The notes under the pieces were generated by a model. The model ran no database searches, was not told the origin of the DNA, and saw only the letters and a list, made by a program, of their open reading frames with translations. Shown piece by piece: positions 11,901 through 24,235 of a DNA stretch of 64,000 nucleotides (positions are counted from its first letter, which is position 1; each line of letters begins with the position of its first letter). Source of the DNA: Mustelus asterias (taxonomy: Eukaryota); the NCBI RefSeq assembly GCF_964213995.1, contig NW_027590890.1:1-64000 (forward strand), in the 5' to 3' direction. The translations under genes and the position numbers were made by a program.

Positions 11901-13840
11901 CAGCCCCTCCCTACTTCTGTAACCTCCTCCAGCCCCTACACCCCTCCCTATCTCTGTAACCTCCTCCAGCCCCTACACCCCTCCCTATTTCTGTAACCTC
12001 CTCCAGCACCTACAACCCTCCCTAGCTCTATAACCTCCTCCAGCCCCTACACCCCTCCCTATTTCTGTAACCTCCTCCAGCCCCTACAACCCTCCCTATC
12101 TCTGTAACCTCCTCCAGCCCCTACAACCCTCCCTATCTCTGTAACTTCCTCCAGCCCCTACAACCCTCCCTAGCTCTATAACCTCCTCCAGCCCCTCCCT
12201 ATTTCTGTAACCTCCTCCAGCCCCGACACCCCTCCCTATCTCTGTAACCTCCTCCAGCCCCTACACACCTCCCTATCTCTGTAACCTCCTCCAGCCCCTA
12301 CACCCCTCCCTATCTCTGTAACCTCCTCCAGCCCCAACACCCCTCCCTATCTCTGTAACCTCCTCCAGCCCCTACACCCCTCCCTATTTCTGTAACCTCC
12401 TCCAGCCCCTACACCCCTCCCTATTTCTGTAACCTCCTCCAGCCCCTACAACCCTCCCTATTTCTGTAACCTCCTCCAGCCCCTACAACCCTCCCTAGCT
12501 CTATAACCTCCTCCAGCCCGTCCCTATTTGTGTAACCTCCTCCAGCCCCTACACCCCTCCCTATCTCTGTAACCTCCTCCAGCCCCTACACCCCTCCCTA
12601 TTTCTGTAACCTCCTCCAGCCCCTACAATCCTCCCTAGCTCTATAACCTCCTCCAGCCCCTACAACCCTCCCTATTTCTGTAACCTCCTCCAGCCCCTAC
12701 AACCCTCCCTAGCTCTATAACCTCCTCCAGCCCCTCCCTATTTCTGTAACCTCCTCCAGCCCCTCCACCCCTCCCTATCTCTGTAACCTCCTCCAGCCCC
12801 GACACCCCTCCCTATTTCTGTAACCTCCTCCAGCCCCTACACCCCTCCCTATCTCTGTAACCTCCTCCAGCCCCGACACCCCTCCCTATTTCTGTAACCC
12901 CCTCCAGCCCCTCCCTACTTCTGTAACCTCCTCCAGCCCCTACACCCATCCCTATCTCTGTAACCTCCTCCAGCCCCTACACCCCTCCCTATTTCTGTAA
13001 CCTCCTCCAGCCCCTACACCCCTCCCTATTTCTGTAACCTCCTCCAGCCCCTACACCCCTCCCTATCTCTGTAACCTCCTCCAGCCCCTACACCCCTCCC
13101 TATCTCCGTAACCCCCTCCAGCCCCTACACCCCTCCCTATCTCTGTAACCTCCTCCAGCCCCTACAACCCTCCCTAGCTCTATAACCTCCTCCAGCCCCT
13201 ACAACCCTCCCTATTTCTGTAACCTCCTCCAGCCCCTACACCCCGCCCTATCTCTGTAACCTCCTCCAGCCCCTACAACCCTCCCTATTTCTGTAACCTC
13301 CTCCAGCCCCTACAACCCTCCCTAGCTCTGTAACCTCCTCCAGCCCCTACACCCCTCCCTATCTCAGTAACCTCCTCCAGCCCCGACACCCCTCCCTATC
13401 TCTGTAAACACCTCCAGACCCTACACCCCTCCCTATCTCTGTAACCTCCTCCAGCCCCTACACTCCTCCCTATCTCTGTAACCTCCTCCAGCCCCTACAC
13501 CCCGCCCTATCCCTGTAACCTCCTCCAGCCCCTACAACCCTCCCTATCTCTGTAACCTCCTCCAGTCCCTACACCCCTCCCTATCTCTGTAACCTCCTCC
13601 AGCCCCTACACCCCTCCCTATCTCTGTAACCTCCTCCAGTCCCTACACCCCTCCCTATCTCTGTAACCTCCTCCAGTCCCTACAACCCTCCCTATCTCTG
13701 TAACCTCCTCCAGTCCCTACAACCCTCCCTATCTCTGTAACCTCCTCCAGTCCCTACACCCCTCCCTATCTCTGTAACCTCCTCCAGTCCCTACACCCCT
13801 CCCTATCTCTGTAACCTCCTCCAGTCCCTACAACCCTCCA
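8935..13840 (+). repeat. ~37-bp C-rich minisatellite, ~4.9 kb, expanded inside an L2-like LINE fragment
   Basis: Unit CCCTCCCTAT(C/T)TCTGTAACCTCCTCCAGCCCC(T/G)ACA(C/A). The flanks 8880-8940 and 13840-13965 (GGCGGCCGTGCCTTCAGCTGC...CCCTAAACCTCTC) look like an L2 3' region. Confidence 0.95.
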
Positions 13841-14395
13841 AGATCTCAGCACTCCTCCAATTCCGGCCTCTTGAGCATCCCCCCGATTCCCATCGCTCCG
13901 CCATTGGCGGCCGTGCCTTCAGCTGCCCGGGGGCCTTCACTTCTGGGATTCCTCCCTAAACCTCTCTGACTTTCTCTGTCGCTCTCATTCTCACTCTCGC
14001 TCTGTCTCTCACTGGCATTTTGATGCCACATTAATCCAAGGCACTGTCTGCCTTAGGGTGGATGTAAAAGACCCCATGGTCACCATCTGGAAGAAAAGGG
14101 AGGGGAGGTCTCCCTGGTGCCCTGGGCCCGATGTTTATCCCTCAAACAACATCACTTTAAAAATGCTCTGGGCCATTGCTGTTTGTGGGATCTTGCTGTT
14201 GCAGATTGGCTGCTGCGTTTCCAACTATTTGGCTGTGATCACACTTCAGCTAAATTCTTTCATTGGTTGCAAAATCTTTGAGGTGGTGACGGGCGCTAGA
14301 GGAATGCAGGTCGGAACACGGGGGACTGGGCTGGGGATGGAAGGGAGTGTGTGTGCTTGGAAATGTTGTTTAGTTGCTTCAATTGATTTTCTCAG

Positions 14396-14602
14396 GTTTC
14401 CGGAAGTTTCTCCTTCCCCGCGGCCACCTGGCCTCAGTACCCTCACAAGCTGGTGCAGTACAGCACTGCCTTCTACCAACCTGTGCCCCTGGTCACTTAC
14501 TACCTGGTGCCCAGACTGGACAGCGCATTGCGACCTCCGCCGGGCTTCCTCCTGCCTCAGGGGCAGCCACACCGTTCAAAGATGGGCAAAAGGCGCAAAT
14601 GA
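14396..14602 (+). CDS. BTG3/BTG4-like gene, terminal coding exon
   Basis: ttttctcag| VSGSFSFPAATWPQYPHKLVQYSTAFYQPVPLVTYYLVPRLDSALRPPPGFLLPQGQPHRSKMGKRRK-TGA. Phase 0, Pro/Tyr-rich tail. Total CDS 729 nt = 242 aa. Confidence 0.75.
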   Translation, partial: VSGSFSFPAATWPQYPHKLVQYSTAFYQPVPLVTYYLVPRLDSALRPPPGFLLPQGQPHRSKMGKRRK

Positions 14603-14719
14603 CCAGCGTCCTGGCTGACCAGATGGATCGGATACCTCACTGTCGCTGAGCTGTGAGCAACCCTATACTTGATCACTCTGTACTAACACCTATGGGCAGG
14701 TCTGCAATCGTGCGTGTCC

Positions 14720-15300
14720 GTGTGAGAGGAATATTGCTGTATACAACACCGTGTGTGGGAGGAATATTGTTGTATACAACACCGTGTGCATGTGTGAGGG
14801 GAATATTATTCAATACAACGTGTGCATAAGGAATATTGCTGTATACAATACTGTCAGAAATATTGCTGTATGCAGTGTGTGTGTACTCGTGTGTGTACTC
14901 GTGTGTGTACTCGTGTGTGTACTCGTGTGTGTACTCGTGTGTGTACTCGTGTGTGTACTCGTGTGTGTACTCGTGTGTGTGTGTGTGTGAGAATGAGTCA
15001 GAAATATTGCTGTATGCATTCTGTGTGAGAATGATTGGGAATATTGCTGTACATAACATTTTATGTGTATGTGAACGAGTCAGGAATTGTACTGTAGATA
15101 ACGTGTGTGTGTAATTATTGAGAAGAATAATGCTGTGTACAACATTGTGTGTGAATGATTGAGAGAGGAATATTGCTGTGTACAACATTCACTGTGAATG
15201 AATATTGCTGTGTACAACATTGTGTGTGTGCGTGTGAATGAGCCGGGAATATTGTTGTATATTACATTCACTCTGCGTGTATGTCACTGTCTGTACGGTT
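14720..15300. repeat. Degenerate AATATTGCTGTATACAAC/(GT)n repeat with an embedded 12-bp GTGTGTACTCGT array, in the BTG 3' UTR region
   Basis: Directly visible. The 12-mer array spans ~14876-14975. Confidence 0.85.
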
Positions 15301-15760
15301 CGTACCATTGCCTGTCTGTGTATATTTTATACAGAAATTGAGGCAGTTTCTGTATTATAAATCTAAACACTCAGGGATATCAGAAAATGTAAGATGTGTC
15401 CACATTGCCTGACAGCTGTTTGTTATTTATAATATTTCTATTGGAGAGTGCATGATATTAAATTAAAATAACCCAGAGTCTCTGTTCAAACGTACCTGTC
15501 AAATCATCATGTTTTTGTACATTTCTTATATTTCCTGATCACTGTCTACGCCCTCCTGTTGAAATCTGAGCCTCTCTCTGGTACGAAGCTTAACTGTGAT
15601 GCCTGTCATAGTCAAATAGCCCGTCCACATCCACCGAGCGAGGCTCCAGCAGGCACCTGGTGTCAGTGGAACGAACTGGAGTTCAAAAACATGGGGACAA
15701 AATCTAGGATTGAAATGATTTTTAAAAATGAATATTGGGTCATTTAAATTATATTTGCCA

Positions 15761-16260
15761 GGGTTGTACAGTGGTTAGCCCTGCTGCCTCACAGCGCCAG
15801 GGACCCAGGTTCGATTCCCAGCTGGGTAACACAGTGGTTAGCACTGCTGCCTCACAGCGCCAGGGACCCAGGTTCGATTCCCAGCTGGGTTGTACAGTGG
15901 TTAGCACTGCTGCCTCACAGCACCAGGGACCCGGGTTCGATTCCCAGCTGGGTAACACAGTGGTTAGCACTGCTGCCTCACAGTGCCAGGGACCCAGGTT
16001 CGATTCCCAGCTGGGTTGTACAGTGGTTAGCACTGCTGCCTCACAGCGCCAGGGACCCGGGTTCGATTCCCGGGGGCACGGTGACACAGTGATTAGCACT
16101 GCTGCCTCACAGCGCCAGGGACCCAGGTTCGATTCCCAGCTGGGTTGTACAGTGGTTAGCACTGCTGCCTCACAGCGCCAGGGACCCGGGTTCGATTCCC
16201 AGCTGGGTAACACAGTGGTTAGCACTGCTGCCTCACAGCACCAGGGACCCGGGTTCAATT
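15761..16260 (+). repeat. Tandem array of 8 SINE 5' heads (~63 bp, A box plus B box)
   Basis: Unit CTGGGT(TGT/AAC)ACAGTGGTTAGCACTGCTGCCTCACAGCGCCAGGGACCC(A/G)GGTTCGATTCCCAG. Confidence 0.92.
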
Positions 16261-17304
16261 GGGTGTTGGAGGGAAAAATCCCTTGTACCAGTGCATTCAA
16301 GAGGTCGAGTCTCAAGGCAAGGTTCAAAGTGTTTTTCTTTATTGTATAATTACTGGGATCCCAGGGAGACCCCCGTAGCCAGCTCAGAAACAGTGGCATG
16401 GCCACGATGATCTCAACTGTTACACATTCGCTCTGGATATTTATAGGAATCCAAATTCGAGCGGGAACATTTGCTCATACATTTTTACAATACCTAAAAA
16501 GTGGCGGGACTCTTTAATTGCTGCCCTGAAGATTTGGCGGGCAGTTTCGATTCGAACAGATTAACACTAAGAATATGTATCCTATCCGGTCAGGAAGTTC
16601 CCTGGTAGACTTTGTCAATTTGCATCTGTATGGTGTGTGTCCGTGTTAATGGGACTGCCTGTTCTTGCCCCGGTGTTTTAATGTGTTTCCCATTATCCTC
16701 TCGATGTGTCCCCTTATCCGATGTTTGTGTCTGTATTCCCTGCTTGCGAGATTAGATGTTAATGTCATTTTGTCCTGCTGTGTGTAGGGGGATTTAATCT
16801 AATCTTTTATTCTTTTTATCCTGGTTTATGTCTCTCCAGCTCGTCACAGATGTTAGAGAAAAAGCAGTGTTACTGCCCCCCAATTTGTGAATGGGGGAGG
16901 CTTTTATAAAACTCAGTATTTATTGACTGTCAGTTAACATGTTGAAGTGTTTAGTCAAATGGATCGTTAGCAGTTTATTCTGAATGTCTTGCCCTTGTGT
17001 GTGTGTAAAGGAAATTAAACCACTACGTTCAAAATAAAATTCACCGGCTGCTGTTTGCGTTTCTGTAAGGGTTGGAGCTCCTCCTATCAGATGTCTCACC
17101 GTGTTCATTGGCTGCGAGACCCTTTGGGATTATCGGGTGAGGGAATATTGGTCAGTCACTGGTGAGAGAGACGAGGCGCTGTACTCTGATCACAGAGTGG
17201 TTCTCCCACGCTGCCCACCCCCACTGCCAACCTGTGTTAATACGGACAAAGTTTAACATTTATTAATACACCAAATTTAACCTCAAATAAAAACATTTAA
17301 CTAA

Positions 17305-17600
17305 AAATTAAAGTTTGTTTATTAGTCACCAGTAAGGCTTACATTAACACTGCAATGAAGTTACTGTGCAACTCCCCTAGTCACCACACTCCGGCGCCTG
17401 TTCGGGTACACAGAGAGAATTTAGCATGGCCATTGCACCTAACCAGCACATCTTTTGGACTGCGGGAGGAAACTGGAGCACCCGGAAGAAACCCACGCAG
17501 ACACGGGGAGAATGTGCAAACTCCACACAGACAGTGACCCAAGCCGAGAATCGAACATGGGTCCCTGGCGCTGTGAGGCAGTAGTGCTAACCCACTGTGT
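17305..17600 (-). mobile_element. tRNA-derived SINE (variant tail)
   Basis: Same head as the HE1-like copies but a different tail (...CTAATAAACAAACTTT). A + strand copy with this tail lies at ~21266-21505. Confidence 0.85.
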
Positions 17601-18144
17601 TACCCACAGACAACTACAAGGGCAAACAATATTTATTAATGCAAAGTTTAACTTTGTATCAGTCAAACTTTAAATTAAAACATTTAATACAAAGTTTAAG
17701 GACAAACAATATTAACACACAAGTTTAAAGGGAGAACAATATTTCTAAGAGAGAATTAAGTTGGGTCTGTGTTGTAGTCCTGATGTGTTTTAAAGTTGAC
17801 ATGTTGTGTTGTCTGAAGCGAAAGGTTTGAAGTTGTAAGAATGTCTCCATCTGTGATGGCTCCTGCAGTCGAGTTGCCAGACATTGGTTCAATAGGTAGG
17901 CTCAGGTTTACAGGGAGGCTCCTCGTTGAGCTGGAACCACTCCTATCTTATCAGATCACAGGATCTAAACACTGGGTGCTGTGCATTTAGTGATCTTTCC
18001 TGAGACTCTACGAGTGACGAGGGCTCGTGGTCAGCGGGAAGTGATTCTGATCTCAATGCTACCCTCAATCACCCACAAGGAACCACTGAGTAACTCCCTG
18101 TCGTGAATTAATTTAACCCTCCCAACCTCAGTGCGGTGGAGACT

Positions 18145-20177
18145 CACTCAGTGTTGGACAGTCCTGTTCCCCAGAAGGTTTTGTTCTCCAGACGCTCCAT
18201 CCTGATGCTCAGGTGCTGTTGTCACAAGGCCCTGTGCTTCACATTAACCGGTCTCCCCTGTCAAAAGGTCATCATTAGATGCTTCATTTTGATCGATCGT
18301 GTGTCTATTTTGATTCCTAGAAGAGAACAAACAGCAGAGTTCAGAACGAAAAGAATCCAACACTTTGGCCAGGTGAGTAAAGGAGCCGTTCAGGAACACA
18401 GACCCATTAAATTCCACTCAACATCCTGGGTCCCAATGGCAGCTGGAAAATGGGTCACAGGAGCTGCACGGTGATGGAGCACAGAGTGTAGAGGAGAGGA
18501 GGCTTATCGGGGAGGCAACGGGCAAGAGCTGGACACTCCACAGGAGCTGTGCAGACCCACAGGGAGGGTCAGAGGATAGAGTTAGAGAACCCTGCAATAG
18601 TTCCTGCTGCCACTGTGAGGGGTGTGTGTGGGGATAGGCGGTGAGCACGGAGATGTGGATATTGAGTGAGACAAGGAAATCCGAGATGGCTTTCCCAGTG
18701 ACTGAATCCTCTGATGTCCGGGTTAAGGGGGAGGTCTGAAAAGTGCAGGAAGAGATTGAACGACAACTGACATTTATAGAGTGTCTTTAACAGAAATCAC
18801 ACCAATTGCTTCACAGGTGTGAAAGCAAAACACCAAAACTCCACCTGGAGAAATTCAGGCAGGAGGGAGGTTTTTAAGGAGCATCTGAAAGTTAGAGATG
18901 GGGCAAGCTGTGGGGACAGTGAAGGGGGAGAGGTACATTTATCCTGCATTAGACATATAAGGAGATACTCCAGAATAAACAAAGAGAAATTCTTATCAAA
19001 GACTCTTGGGGTGAAATGTAATGGTGAATGATAGTATCAAATTGTAAGGTATCAATTCTGTGAAATTAAATGGGAGGTCAGAATGTTGGCTAACAAGTAA
19101 AGAGTAACTTTTTTAAATGTGGAGGAAGGAATTAGGGTGTGAGAGAAAGCTAGCTGGAAATATAAAACAGATAGGAAGAGCTTCTGCAATTATTTAAAAA
19201 GAGCAAGTGTAACTAAAGTAATCACTGGTCCTCTGGAGAGAGAATTTGGGATAATGGGAAATAATCAAACGGTGGAAGCATTGAACAGATATTTTGTGTC
19301 TGTCTTCAGATGAATAACACCCCAGGAATAATTGTAAATCGAGAGGGGCGGCACGGTAGCACAGTGGTTAGCACTGCTGCTTCACAGCTCCAGGGACCTG
19401 GGTTCGATTCCCGGCTTGGGTCACTGTCTGTGTGGAGTTTGCACATTCTCCTCGTGTCTGCGTGGGTTTCCTCCGGGTGCTCCGGTTTCCTCCCACAGTC
19501 CAAAGATGTGCGGGTTAGGTTGATTGGCCAGGTTAAAAATTGCCCTTAGTGTCCTGGGATGCGTAGATTAGAGGGATTAGTGGGTAGGGATATAGGGATA
19601 GGGTCTGGGTGGGATTGTGGTCGGTGCAGACTCGATGGGTTGAATGGTCTCTTTCTGTGCTGTACGGTTTCTAAGATTTCTAAGAGAGGTGAATGGGTGG
19701 GAGGAACTGAAAACAATTAGAAATCGTCAGGGAACGGATACTGAGAAAATGATTAGAACTAAAGACAGACAATAAATAAACTGAACTTACACAGTCTGCC
19801 GGACTTGATCACCTTCATCCCAGGATCTGAAAAAGAAGTGGCTGCCGAGATATAGATTCATTGGTTTTAATCTTCCAAAATCTCTCGATTCGGGAAAGGT
19901 TCCATCAGATTGGAAATGAGGGATTGTGACCCCTCGCCAAGAAAAGATAGAGACGGAAAGCAGGAAACTACAGTTTAGCTAGCTTTAACATCTGTCACAG
20001 GGAGAAGACTAGAATCTATGATTGAGGAGGTTTTGGCAGAGTCAGCATGATCTTGTGAAAGGGAAATCCTGTGTGACTGATCTATCAGAGTTTTTTGAGA
20101 AAGGATCAAGCAAGGTGGATTAAGGAGAACCTGTAGATGTGGTGTTCTTGGATTTCCAAAAGGCAGTTGATAAGGTG
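18145..20177. repeat. Segmental duplication copy A (~2 kb), near-identical to 22695-24730
   Basis: Colinear at an offset of ~4550 bp. Includes the tail exon, intron, old CR1 and SINE. Confidence 0.95.
18244..18316 (-). CDS. Ig receptor candidate terminal tail exon, copy 3
   Basis: ttctcttctag| (R)NQNRHTIDQNEASNDDLLTGETG-TAA. 73 nt, phase 2, matching the TM exon donor. Confidence 0.5.
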
Positions 20178-20720
20178 AATGCAAGCAGGCTTTTTCCGCT
20201 GAGGCTCGGGGAGAAAAAAACCAGAGGGCATGGGTTAAGGGTGAAAGGAGAAAAGTTTAAAGGGAATATTAGGGGGGGCTTCTTCACGCAGAGAGTGGTG
20301 GGAGTGTGGAATGAGCTGCCGGATAAAGTGGTAAATGCGGGGTCACTTTTAACATTTAAGAAAAACTTGGACGGGTTCATGGATGAGAGGGGTGTGGAGG
20401 AATATGGTCCAAGTGCAGGTCAGTGGGACTAGGCAAAAAATGGTTCGGCACAGACAAGAAGGGCCAAAAGGCCTGTTTCTGAGCTGTAATTTTCTATGGT
20501 TCTATCAAAGATGCATATTAAAAGTGCCCCTGGTGTAATGGGTAACATATCAGCCTGGATAAAGGGCGATGGGCTGATAGGGAACAGGCAGTAGAGACAA
20601 TTGGGTCATTTTCTACCAGTGGAGTGTGACAAGGATCAGCGCTGGGCCCCAACTATTCACAATTTATACAAATGAGTTGTATGAAGGGACCAAATGTATA
20701 GTTGCTAAATTTCCTGAGCG
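19020..20720 (+). mobile_element. Old CR1 fragment with nested SINE (19346-19683) and a younger CR1 3' end (20178-20505)
   Basis: DVVFLDFQKA-DKV remnant, SINE A/B boxes and a TQRVVGVWNELP tail. Confidence 0.85.
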
Positions 20721-20809
20721 CAGCGCTGCCCGCGTCATTTCAATGAGACATTGAACTGAGGCCCCATCCACCCTCCCAAGTAGATTTTAAAAATCCCACT
20801 ACCTCACAA

Positions 20810-21060
20810 TGAATCCATGGAATTCCTACAGTGCTGGGGAGGCCACTCAGCCCATTGAGATTGCTCCTATCCCTGTAAACCTGCACATTGATCATCCACC
20901 CAACCTGCCCATCTTCGGAGTGAGAGCACCCGGAGGAAACCCACACAGACACGGGGAGAATCCTAATGCAGACTCCACACAGACAGTCACCCGAGGCCGG
21001 AATCGAACCTGGGTCCCTGGCACTGAGGCAGCAGTGCTAACCACCGTGCCAGCCACGCCC
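20810..21060 (-). mobile_element. Older tRNA-derived SINE
   Basis: Reverse-strand head (GGTTAGCACTGCTGCCTCAG...GGTTCGATTCC). Confidence 0.75.
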
Positions 21061-21839
21061 TCCTCCTGCTAATTCGATTTAAGGAGCATTAGGAGACTCA
21101 CTGCCTGTAGACAGCATTATCTGTGTTAGTGCAGTGATGAGCAGAGTCATTAAACATCAGACTGCAGATCCACTAATATCAGCACCGGCTTCTCTTTAAT
21201 CACAGCTCAGAGTGGAAACTACACAGAAATACAAACCCCCAAATGTCTGCACAAATTTCCCCAGACGGCGGCACAATGGTTCGCACTGCTGCCTCACAGC
21301 ACCAGAGACCCGGGTTCGATTCCAGCCTTGGGTCACTGTGTGGAGTTTACACATTCTCCCCATGTCTGCGTGTCTGAAAGACGTGCTGGTTAGGGTGCAT
21401 TGATCTGAACAGGTGCCAGAATGTGGCGACTTGGGGATTTTCACAGTAACTTCATTGCAGTGTTAATGCAAACCTTACCTGTAACTAATAAATAAACTTT
21501 AACTTTAAAATCAATATAATATTTATAACATATTCTGAACATACATTGACAAACATGACAACCACTGTTGTGACTAAAAACTTCAAATAGAAAGCGACAT
21601 TTAAATTGCTGTTTGGAGTAAAGATATTGGAGTTATAACATCTGACCTATTGCTGTTTGGAGAAAAGGGCAGAATTTTCCGGCCATTCTTGCCGACAGGA
21701 TTTTCCAGACCCGCTGCAGTGGCTCCAACCTCTCTGTCCTCACTTGCAGCGGAAGTGGGGCATGAACAGCCAAAAAATTCCCACCACGATTTCAGTGCTA
21801 TAACAAGTCTGAGATTATATGGTTTAGATCCTGTATATT

Positions 21840-22170
21840 TGTGGTGAACCATCGTTGGTTCCCACTAGATAGTACTGAGCCAGGGTCTGGCCAGTACTAC
21901 GAGTCTGTATATATGTTGCTGTTGGGGTTAGGGATGGGTTGTCCTACTTGTTACTGTTGGGGTTAGGGTTGGGCTGTTACACCTGTATTATAGTTCTTAT
22001 GGTACATCCCAGTCGGGCTCCGCCTCCTGGGAGAGGTATAAAGGTCATTGCTCTGTCTGGGACCCCTCAGTCTGGGATCGTGTACTATACATGGTAGCTT
22101 CGTTGTAATAGTAAATAAAAGCCTTTATTTCCTTGAGCATCTCAAGCCTCGTGTGTGATAACGCGCATCA
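21840..22170 (+). mobile_element. Solo LTR (Gypsy family related to 40765-45338)
   Basis: TGTGGTGAACCA...GCATCA termini, TATAAA and AATAAA, and a perfect 5-bp TSD ATATT/ATATT. Confidence 0.88.
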
Positions 22171-22189
22171 ATATTTAAATGTTGCTTTT

Positions 22190-22590
22190 CTAAATATCTG
22201 CATCAAACACTGTTTGTGACATTCTGGAACCCTCCGTGTGTGACACACACTCTGCCCAGTGTAATTGGTGTTGGAAGAGAAGGTATTCAGTTCTGGACAG
22301 ATTGGTGCTGTTGAGAACATCATTGTTTGTGATGTAGTTCTGCCGTCTGCTGTTCATGATGGATCGAGGGCAGTGTTGATGGAAGCTCTCCATTTGTTTT
22401 CTGTACCGAACCCATCATTCTGACCCACTCAAGAGGGCAGTAATGACAATCTCTCTGTAAACCCGAGTTCTGTTAGACACGGGTAGTGAATGGTTTCAAC
22501 ACACATTCAAGAGGTGGCCAAAGGAGCTGTTAGTCTTCGACAGTCGATTGTCAATGTCCTCATCGACAGTAATACTGAGATACATTAAAT
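22190..22590 (-). mobile_element. Degenerate RTE-clade LINE fragment
   Basis: ESFHQHCPRSIMN...ITNNDVL...QLHWAE resembles the RTE C-terminus. Confidence 0.6.
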
Positions 22591-22792
22591 AAATACTGGT
22601 TGGAAACAATTACAGAAGGGATGTTGGCATCAGTCAGTTTTCTTGAGGCTGTGGTGGTTACCCAGGGCTGTGCAAAGTGATTCAGTGCAAAGTGATTCAG
22701 TGCTGGACAGTCCCATTCCCCAGAAGGTTTTGTTCTCCAGCCGCTCCATCCTGATGCTCAGGTGCTGTTGTCACAAGGCCCCGTGCTTCACA

Positions 22793-22865
22793 TTAACAGG
22801 TCTCCCCTGTCAAAGGGACATCATTAGATGCTTCATTTTGATCGATCGTGTGTCTATTTTGATTC
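22793..22865 (-). CDS. Ig receptor candidate terminal tail exon, copy 2
   Basis: ttctcttctag| (R)NQNRHTIDQNEASNDVPLTGETC-TAA. 73 nt, phase 2. Confidence 0.5.
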
Positions 22866-23897
22866 CTAGAAGAGAACAAACAGCAAGAGTTCAGAATGAA
22901 AAGAATCCAACACTTTGGCCAGGTGAGTAAAGGAGCCGTTCAGGAACACAGACCCATTAAATTCCACGCAACATCCTGGGTCCCAATGGAAGCTGGAAAA
23001 TGGGTCACAGGAGCTGCACAGTGATGGAGCACAGAGTGTAGAGGAGAGGAGGCTTATCGGGGAGGCAACGGGCAAGAGCTGGACAGTCCACAGGAGCTGT
23101 GCTGACCCACAGAGGGAGGGTCAGAGGATAGAGTTAGAGAACCCTGCAATAGCTCCTGCTGCCACTGTGAGGGGAGTGTGTGGGGATAGGCGGTGAGCAC
23201 GGAGATGTGGATATTGAGTGAGACAAGGAAATCCGAGATGGCTTTCCCAGTGACTGAATCCTCTGATGTCCGGGTTAAGGGGGAGGTCTGAAAAGTGCAG
23301 GAAGAGATTGAACTACAACTGACATTTATAGAGTGTCTTTAACAGAAATCACACCAATTGCTTCACAGGTGTGAAAGCAAAACACCAAAACTCCACCCGG
23401 AGAAATTCAGGCAGGAGGGAGGTTTTTAAGGAGCATCTGAAAGTTAGAGATGGGGCAAGCTGTGGGGACAGTGAAGGGGGAGAGGTACATTTATCCTGCA
23501 TTAGACATATAAGGAGATACTCCAGAATAAACAAAGATAAATTCTTATCAAAGACTCTTGGGGTGAAATGTAATGGTGAATGATAGTATCAAATTGTAAG
23601 GTATCAATTCTGTGAAATTAAATGGGAGGTCAGAATGTTGGCTAACAAGTAAAGAGTAACTTTTTTAAATGTGGAGGAAGGAATTAGGGTGTGAGAGAAA
23701 GCTAGCTGGAAATATAAAACAGATAGGAAGAGCTTCTGCAATTATTTAAAAAGAGCAAGTGTAACTAAAGTAATCACTGGTCCTCTGGAGAGAGAATTTG
23801 GGATAATGGGAAATAATCAAACGGTGGAAGCATTGAACAGATATTTTGTGTCTGTCTTCAGATGAATAACACCCCAGGAATAATTGTAAATCGAGAG

Positions 23898-24235
23898 GGG
23901 CGGCACGGTAGCACAGTGGTTAGCACTGCTGCTTCACAGCTCCAGGGACCTGGGTTCGATTCCCAGCTTGGGTCACTGTCTGTGTGGAGTTTGCACATTC
24001 TCCTCGTGTCTGCGTGGGTTTCCTCCGGGTGCTCCGGTTTCCTCCCACAGTCCAAAGATGTGCGGGTTAGGTTGATTGGCCAGGTTAAAAATTGCCCTTA
24101 GTGTCCTGGGATGCGTAGATTAGAGGGATTAGTGGGTAGGGATATAGGGATAGGGCCTGGGTGGGATTGTGGTCGGTGCAGACTCGATGGGTCGAATGGT
24201 CTCTTTCTGTGCTGTACGGTTTCTAAGATTTCTAA
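23898..24235 (+). mobile_element. HE1-like SINE (duplicate of 19346-19683)
   Basis: A/B boxes and tail. Confidence 0.9.

Noticed and set aside
3000-15500. miR-34b/c hairpins expected near a true BTG4
   Set aside because: No mature miR-34-like sequence seen in the readable sequence.
15761-16260. tRNA gene cluster or CRISPR-like array
   Set aside because: The units are SINE heads with no complete cloverleaf and no unique spacers, and the context is eukaryotic.
21100-21240. Possible - strand exon between tail copies (acceptor tgtgtag, donor gtgagt)
   Set aside because: Stops in all three frames shortly after the acceptor.
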